DNA of 64,000 nt from an uncultured Acidobacteriota bacterium (GTDB lineage: Bacteria > Acidobacteriota > Thermoanaerobaculia > Gp7-AA8). The stretch is from positions 288,001 to 352,000 of the forward strand of contig CAVUKB010000004.1 of assembly GCA_963741955.1 (NCBI GenBank), in the 5' to 3' direction. The notes beneath the pieces were generated by a model, which did no database searches, was not told where the DNA came from, and saw nothing but the letters and a program-made list of their open reading frames with translations. Position 1 is the first letter of the stretch, and the number at the start of each line of letters is the position of its first letter. The position numbers were made by a program, and so were the translations under genes. Positions 58,753 to 64,000 of the stretch are shown here, one piece after another.

Positions 58753-61284
58753 ATGTCGGCTCAGGTCCCCCCGCGTGCGTCGGTCGCGTCTTTCCTCGCG
58801 TTCGGGCTTACGGCGTTTCTTCTCGCGGCACTTTCGATCGTCGACATGTATCTTCCCCGCCCGTATGACGGAGTCATTCTCGATCCCGGAACGGACGGCC
58901 GGGTCAGAGTCCAGCAGGTCGTCCCCGGCTCCGGCGCGGCGCGCGCGGGACTCCACTCCGGCGACGTGGTGGTGGGAATCGCCCGCACCATCCTCCGTTC
59001 CTCCGGACACGCGGCGAGCCTTCTCAATCAGCACGAGATCGGCGAACGCGTTCCGTACCTGATCCGCACCGGCGCGGACCAGTTGAAGGAAGTGAGCGTG
59101 GAGCTCGGCCGCCGCCGCGTAGGCGACACGGCGTACCTCTACGCCTGCATCCTCGGGTTCAGCTTCTTCTTCATCGGCCTGTTCGTGCTCCTCAACCAAC
59201 CGCAGCTCGCGTCGAGCCGCCTTTTCTTCATCCTCTGCGCCCTCTTCCTCCTCTTTCTCGTCTGCCGCATGCGTCCCGCTTCGTACTCGTGGGTCGATGT
59301 CTTCGTGCTGACCACCGGGACCGCGGCGCTGCTGTTTCTCCCTCCCGCATTCCTCCACTTTTTCCTGATCTTCCCGCATCCGATCTGGAGCGGAAGGTCG
59401 GGTCACATGCAGTGGCTCGGCAACCCGAAGCTCCGGAACGCATTTCTCGCAGTGGTGTACGCGATCCCTCTGGTGGTCTTCTGGGCGGCGGCATTCGGAG
59501 CGGCGCACTACGGGATGCGCTTCGCGTCGATCAGCGGTACACCGTCGCCGAACTGGTGGGTGCTGGCGTCGGCGATTCTTCTCGGGCTGATCGCGCTGGG
59601 AGTCAATTCGCGCCGCCTGACGAACCCGCGGGAAAAGCGCGGAGCGTTGATCGTGCTGGTCGGATCGCTCCTCGGCCTGGTGCCGTTCGTCGTCCTTTCC
59701 GTCGCGTTCTCGTCGTTTCTCCACACCGACCAGTTCATCTTCTACGGAATCGTTCCGCTGATCCTGGTCCCTCTCACCTTCACGTACGGGATCGTCCGCT
59801 TTCAGCTGCTCGACGTGAAGTTCATTCTCCGACGGAGTCTCCTGTACACCCTGACGACTGCAGGCGTGACCCTCTTCTACGCCGTCGGCATCGCGACGTT
59901 CAATGGGATGACGCGGGGGAGCGAGCTCGCGACCTCACCGTACTTCCCCATCGTCTTCGCCCTGACCATCGCTCTGCTGTTCGAGCCGGTGCGGCGACTG
60001 GTGCAGATTCCGATCGACCGCTTCTTCTTCGCCCGCCGATCGAAGCTCCAGGCGGCGATGGTGGAGATGGGTGAAGCGTTCACCGCGGAGGCAGACCCGG
60101 GAGCGGTGGTCTCCGAGCTGGTCAACCGGCTTCCCCAGCTCCTCGAGCTCGGCTACGCCGCGCTCTACCTGATGAGACACGGAGAGCTGGAGAGGATCGC
60201 CGGACCGGCATCGCTTCCTTCGACGCTGCCGTATCTCGCCGAATTGCACGACTACCTTCGCGCGCAACGCTCGCTCACCCGGGTGGACTCTCTCGGCGGA
60301 GTGCGTCTCGACTCGGCGGCGGCGGATGCGCTGATTGCGACTCTCGAGCGCGCCGGTGCCGAAGTCCTCGGCGAGCTCTCCTCCCGCCGGAGAGTGATCG
60401 GCCTGGTCGTGCTCGCGGGTAAAGAAGGACGGCTTCCACTCGACACCGACGAACTGAAGCTGCTGCGCGGCCTGTTCCATCAGGCGGCGATCGCACTGGA
60501 GACCGCGGTCCTTCTCGACGAGCGCGCGCGGCAGGCGGAGCTCGAGCGCGAGATGGAGATCGCCGCGGCGATCCAGTCCTCCCTCCTTCCCGCCAGTCTG
60601 CACCTTGGCGACGGATGGGAGGTCGCCGCGGTCTGCCGCCCGGCGCGGCAGGTGGGCGGCGACTTCTACGCCGAGCTCCCGGGTCCCCTTCCCGCGACCC
60701 GCGCCGTGGTCTACGGTGACGTGTCGGGGAAATCGGTCTCCGGTGCGCTGATGATGATGGCCGCGAAGGAAGCGCTCCATTCGCTCGCGTCGGTGCACTC
60801 CGATCCGGAGCTGCTGTTTCACCAGGCGAACGGACGCCTCTACGAGCTCGGCAACCGAAGCTTCGTCGCGCTGGGATACTTCGCGTGCAGCGAGGCTGCC
60901 GATCGACTCGGATACGTGATCGCCGGACAGCCGCAACCACTGAAACGCTGCGTGGACGGAAGCATCGAAGAGCTTCCTCTCGCCGAGCATCGGCTTCCGC
61001 TCGGTGCGATGATTCAGGACGGCTATCGCTGTCTGGAGACGTCTCTCTTCCCGGGCGAGATCATCGTCGCGTATTCGGACGGCGTCTCGGAGGCGCAGTC
61101 GCAGGGGGGCGAGACATTCGGGAGCGAGCGGATCGCGGACGTGCTCCGCTCGGGAGGGAGTGATCCGCAGGACGTCCTGGAGCGGCTCCTCCGGGAGCTC
61201 GACACGTTCAGCGGCGGGAGCGTTCCGTACGACGACGTGACGCTTCTGGTGATCGGACGCCGCAAGGAGAGTTCAGATGCGTAG
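58753..61284 (+). CDS. Membrane sensor PP2C/SpoIIE phosphatase (PDZ + multi-TM + GAF-like + PP2C)
   Basis: PDZ (VVPGSGAARAGLHSGDVV), many TM helices, AAAIQSSLLP, VGGDFY, GDVSGK, YSDGVSEA, DDVTLL. Start uncertain (58741 or 58753). Confidence 0.88.
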   Translation: MSAQVPPRASVASFLAFGLTAFLLAALSIVDMYLPRPYDGVILDPGTDGRVRVQQVVPGSGAARAGLHSGDVVVGIARTILRSSGHAASLLNQHEIGERVPYLIRTGADQLKEVSVELGRRRVGDTAYLYACILGFSFFFIGLFVLLNQPQLASSRLFFILCALFLLFLVCRMRPASYSWVDVFVLTTGTAALLFLPPAFLHFFLIFPHPIWSGRSGHMQWLGNPKLRNAFLAVVYAIPLVVFWAAAFGAAHYGMRFASISGTPSPNWWVLASAILLGLIALGVNSRRLTNPREKRGALIVLVGSLLGLVPFVVLSVAFSSFLHTDQFIFYGIVPLILVPLTFTYGIVRFQLLDVKFILRRSLLYTLTTAGVTLFYAVGIATFNGMTRGSELATSPYFPIVFALTIALLFEPVRRLVQIPIDRFFFARRSKLQAAMVEMGEAFTAEADPGAVVSELVNRLPQLLELGYAALYLMRHGELERIAGPASLPSTLPYLAELHDYLRAQRSLTRVDSLGGVRLDSAAADALIATLERAGAEVLGELSSRRRVIGLVVLAGKEGRLPLDTDELKLLRGLFHQAAIALETAVLLDERARQAELEREMEIAAAIQSSLLPASLHLGDGWEVAAVCRPARQVGGDFYAELPGPLPATRAVVYGDVSGKSVSGALMMMAAKEALHSLASVHSDPELLFHQANGRLYELGNRSFVALGYFACSEAADRLGYVIAGQPQPLKRCVDGSIEELPLAEHRLPLGAMIQDGYRCLETSLFPGEIIVAYSDGVSEAQSQGGETFGSERIADVLRSGGSDPQDVLERLLRELDTFSGGSVPYDDVTLLVIGRRKESSDA

Positions 61285-62596
61285 AACGATTCCATTCATT
61301 CTCGCCGGAGCGGTGATCATCGTCGCGGGAGTCTCGGCGTTCATGATGACTCGCCCGGAGCCGCAGTGGACGACCTCTTCGCCCGCGGCACTCTCCGAGT
61401 TCAACCAGGGTCTCGACGCGGAGATGAAGTTCTATCAGCACGACGCGGCGGCGCATTTCAGGAAGGCGGTGGAGCTCGATCCGAATTTCCTCGCGGCGCG
61501 CCTGCGCCTCTTCATGGCGAGCGACATGAAGAAAGACGAGGTCGAGCCGTTGCGTCGGATCATCTCCCATGCGGATCTCGGCAGGCTCACCGATCGCGAG
61601 CGCTTTCTCGCCGGAATGTTCCTCGCCGCAACGGGGAACGATCGCAACAAAGCCGAAGCGATTCTTGATGCGTATCTGAAGAGTCACCCTCACGATCCGT
61701 TCGCACTCAACTTCCGTTGCGAGCAGCATTGGGGAAGGCAGGCGTGGCCTGCTGCGGAGAAGTGCTACCAGACTCTGATCCGTACCGACCCGAACTGGGT
61801 CCTCGCACAGAATCGCCTCGGCTACATCGCGATGGCGCAAGGACGTTTTGGAGACGCTGAACGGGCTTTCGAAACGTATCGTTACATCGCACCCGACCAG
61901 TCCAATCCTCACGACTCTCTGGGCGAGCTCCTCACGCTCCTCGGGCGTTACGACGAGGCGGAGAAGGAACTGAAGGAAGCGGTACGAATCCGTCCCGACT
62001 TCTGCGCGGGGTGGCAGCACCGGATCTCCCTCTACCTTCTCGCCGGACGGATCGATGATGCAGAGAAGACCCTCGACGAGTTTCGGCAGATCGGCTCCTG
62101 CAGTCCCGCGGTCGCGTCATTCGACTGTTCGGTCGCCGGATGGAAGGAGGCCGGGAGGGGCGACTGGAAGGGAGTGGCCGATGTTCTGGATCGAGGTCAG
62201 TGCGTCGGGATGAAGGGAGATGGACTCGCGCTGCGGCATCTCGCTGCGATCGAGCTGGGTGACTTCGACACTGCCGAGAAACTCGAGGCGATGCTCCGGA
62301 AGCAGATCGAGAGTATGCCGAGAGCGGGGCGGGATACATACGCGGGGCTCGAGCAGCTCGTCGGCTCGAGGCTCGTCGCGCAGCACCGTTACGACGAGGC
62401 GATCAGGACTCTCCGGGAGGCCGATTCGAACCTCTCCTACCAGGGTGATCAGCAGTGGCTGGTGAAGCTGTACGTCCGGATGCGGCTCGCCCAGGCGCTG
62501 GAAGCGAGCGGCGACGTCGCCGGCGCGAAGAAGCTCCGCGCGGAGATCGCTGCGGTCAACCCGAAGTTCGAGCAACGCTTTCAGCCGCTCCGTTGA
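61277..62596 (+). CDS. Exported/membrane-anchored TPR protein
   Basis: N-terminal hydrophobic helix; TPR repeats (AVELDPNF, NPHDSLGELL..GRYDEA); overlaps the upstream gene by 8 nt. Confidence 0.8.
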   Translation: MRRTIPFILAGAVIIVAGVSAFMMTRPEPQWTTSSPAALSEFNQGLDAEMKFYQHDAAAHFRKAVELDPNFLAARLRLFMASDMKKDEVEPLRRIISHADLGRLTDRERFLAGMFLAATGNDRNKAEAILDAYLKSHPHDPFALNFRCEQHWGRQAWPAAEKCYQTLIRTDPNWVLAQNRLGYIAMAQGRFGDAERAFETYRYIAPDQSNPHDSLGELLTLLGRYDEAEKELKEAVRIRPDFCAGWQHRISLYLLAGRIDDAEKTLDEFRQIGSCSPAVASFDCSVAGWKEAGRGDWKGVADVLDRGQCVGMKGDGLALRHLAAIELGDFDTAEKLEAMLRKQIESMPRAGRDTYAGLEQLVGSRLVAQHRYDEAIRTLREADSNLSYQGDQQWLVKLYVRMRLAQALEASGDVAGAKKLRAEIAAVNPKFEQRFQPLR

Positions 62597-62705
62597 CGTG
62601 GCAACGTCCGCCGCCACTTGCGTGGCCTGAGTCCGCGAAGCGGACGACACACAGTCCGCTACGCGGACTCCATGCGGGCAACTGCGTTCGCCGGCGCCCG
62701 TCGGT

Positions 62706-64000
62706 CTACACCGCTGGCTCTTCTTCTTCGTCCGAGACCCACGGGAGGAGCGAGCGCACCCGTGATGCGATGCGCGCGAAGCTCTTCTTCTGCGCCCAGT
62801 CGTCGAAGATGCTGTAGAGCACCGGAGTTCCGACGAGCGTGAGAAGCAGAACGAGGGTCTGACCGCCGATGATCACCGAGCCGATCGCGCGGTTCGTGCC
62901 CGCGCCCGTTCCGCTGGAGGCGACCAGCGGAATCATCCCGGCGACGAAGGCCATGGTGGTCATCAGGATCGGCCGGAGCCGGTCCCGATTCGCGCGGAGG
63001 ATCGCTTCGTCGCGTGGCAGCCCTTCCGCGCGAAGCTGATTGGTGTGATCGACTTGCAGAATCCCGTTCTTCTTCACGATTCCGAACAGCACCAGGATTC
63101 CGAGTGAGGAGAAGATGTTGATCGACTGATTCAGGCCGACGATCGAGAGGAGAGCGAACGGGACCACCATCGGGAGGGCCAGGAGAATGGTCACCGGATG
63201 GATCCAGCTCTCGAACTGCGCGGCGAGGATCAGGTACATGAAGATGATCGAGAGGCCGAACGCGAGCATGAAGTTCTTTCCGGCCTTCTGCTGCTCTCGC
63301 GAGCGTCCGGTCAGCCCGTACGAGTACGCCGCAGGCATCTTCCGGGCGTCGGTGTCGGCCTTCAACGCGTCGATGATCTTCTGCGACGAGTAGCCGGGGA
63401 GCATGTTCGCGGAGATGAGCACCTGACGCCGGCGCGCGATGCGGTTGATCTGCGACGGTCCGGTGCCGTTCTCGACCTGAACCACGTCGCGAAGCGGCAC
63501 CGTTCCGGCGCTCGCGGAGGGGACTTCGGCCTGGAGGATTCCTTCCTCGTCGGTGCGGTACGCCTGATCCGCGCGGACGTGGACCTCGTACTGTTCGCCC
63601 CCTTCGTAGTAGTCGGTGACCTTCTGTCCCCCGACCAGGAGGTTGAGGGTCGACGCGACGTCCTGGACCCGCACGCCGAGATCGGATGCCTTGGCGCGGT
63701 CGATGTGCACCGCCATCTCCGGACGTCCGACGATCAGGTTCGTATCGACGTCCGCGATGCCCGGCATCTGTTTGACCTTCTCGACCAGCTCATCGGAGTA
63801 CTGCTGGAGCCTGCCGAGGTCCGGACCGCCGATCCAGAACTGGATCTCGGCATTGCTGCCGCTGCCGAACGCGTTCACCGGCGAGACCTGTGCGCGCAGA
63901 TCGAGCTTCCGGTATTGCGGGAGGACTTCGTTGCGGACTCGGGCCATCAGGTCGAACTGGCTCTCTTTCCGCTCCTTGACCGGGTCGAGCTTGACGTAGA
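62706..64000 (-). CDS. RND efflux permease (AcrB/AcrD/AcrF family), C-terminal part; start lies beyond the window
   Basis: LAAQFESWIHP, GIVKKNGIL, RLRPILMTT, IIGGQ motifs. Confidence 0.93.
   Translation of the reverse strand, partial: YVKLDPVKERKESQFDLMARVRNEVLPQYRKLDLRAQVSPVNAFGSGSNAEIQFWIGGPDLGRLQQYSDELVEKVKQMPGIADVDTNLIVGRPEMAVHIDRAKASDLGVRVQDVASTLNLLVGGQKVTDYYEGGEQYEVHVRADQAYRTDEEGILQAEVPSASAGTVPLRDVVQVENGTGPSQINRIARRRQVLISANMLPGYSSQKIIDALKADTDARKMPAAYSYGLTGRSREQQKAGKNFMLAFGLSIIFMYLILAAQFESWIHPVTILLALPMVVPFALLSIVGLNQSINIFSSLGILVLFGIVKKNGILQVDHTNQLRAEGLPRDEAILRANRDRLRPILMTTMAFVAGMIPLVASSGTGAGTNRAIGSVIIGGQTLVLLLTLVGTPVLYSIFDDWAQKKSFARIASRVRSLLPWVSDEEEEPAV

Overview
GC-rich bacterial chromosome segment; gene content suggests Acidobacteriota, class Thermoanaerobaculia (inference, not verified). 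Most of the window is housekeeping or metabolic: pepQ (partial), a peptidase/beta-propeller/Omp85 protein, proline dehydrogenase, an AGCS symporter, a ClC-CBS transporter, an old yellow enzyme, a 5'-nucleotidase, an M20 peptidase, a complete alternative complex III (actA-G) + SCO + A2-type caa3 oxidase operon (actB broken by two frameshifts), a MNT-HEPN toxin-antitoxin pair with a frameshifted toxin, a TetR/HlyD/ABC/TolC exporter, a Rieske oxygenase, a Tat amidase, a macro domain protein, rsmE, a PP2C phosphatase and a partial RND pump. The most unusual signal is a two-gene module present at two separate loci: a secreted S8 subtilase followed by a ~255-aa secreted 'companion' protein that I cannot assign to a family. 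At both loci the module is followed by a degenerate copy of the 3' tail of an upstream gene (the ClC tail at 13.96 kb; the S8 tail plus a second, diverged companion at 49.4 kb). This resembles the C-terminal displacement/orphan-immunity architecture of polymorphic toxin loci. The window also has a 6x185-bp palindromic tandem array, a REP doublet read through in-frame inside hlyD, a MITE-like family and short-sequence-repeat tracts. No rRNA, tRNA, CRISPR array, transposase or integrase was recognised.
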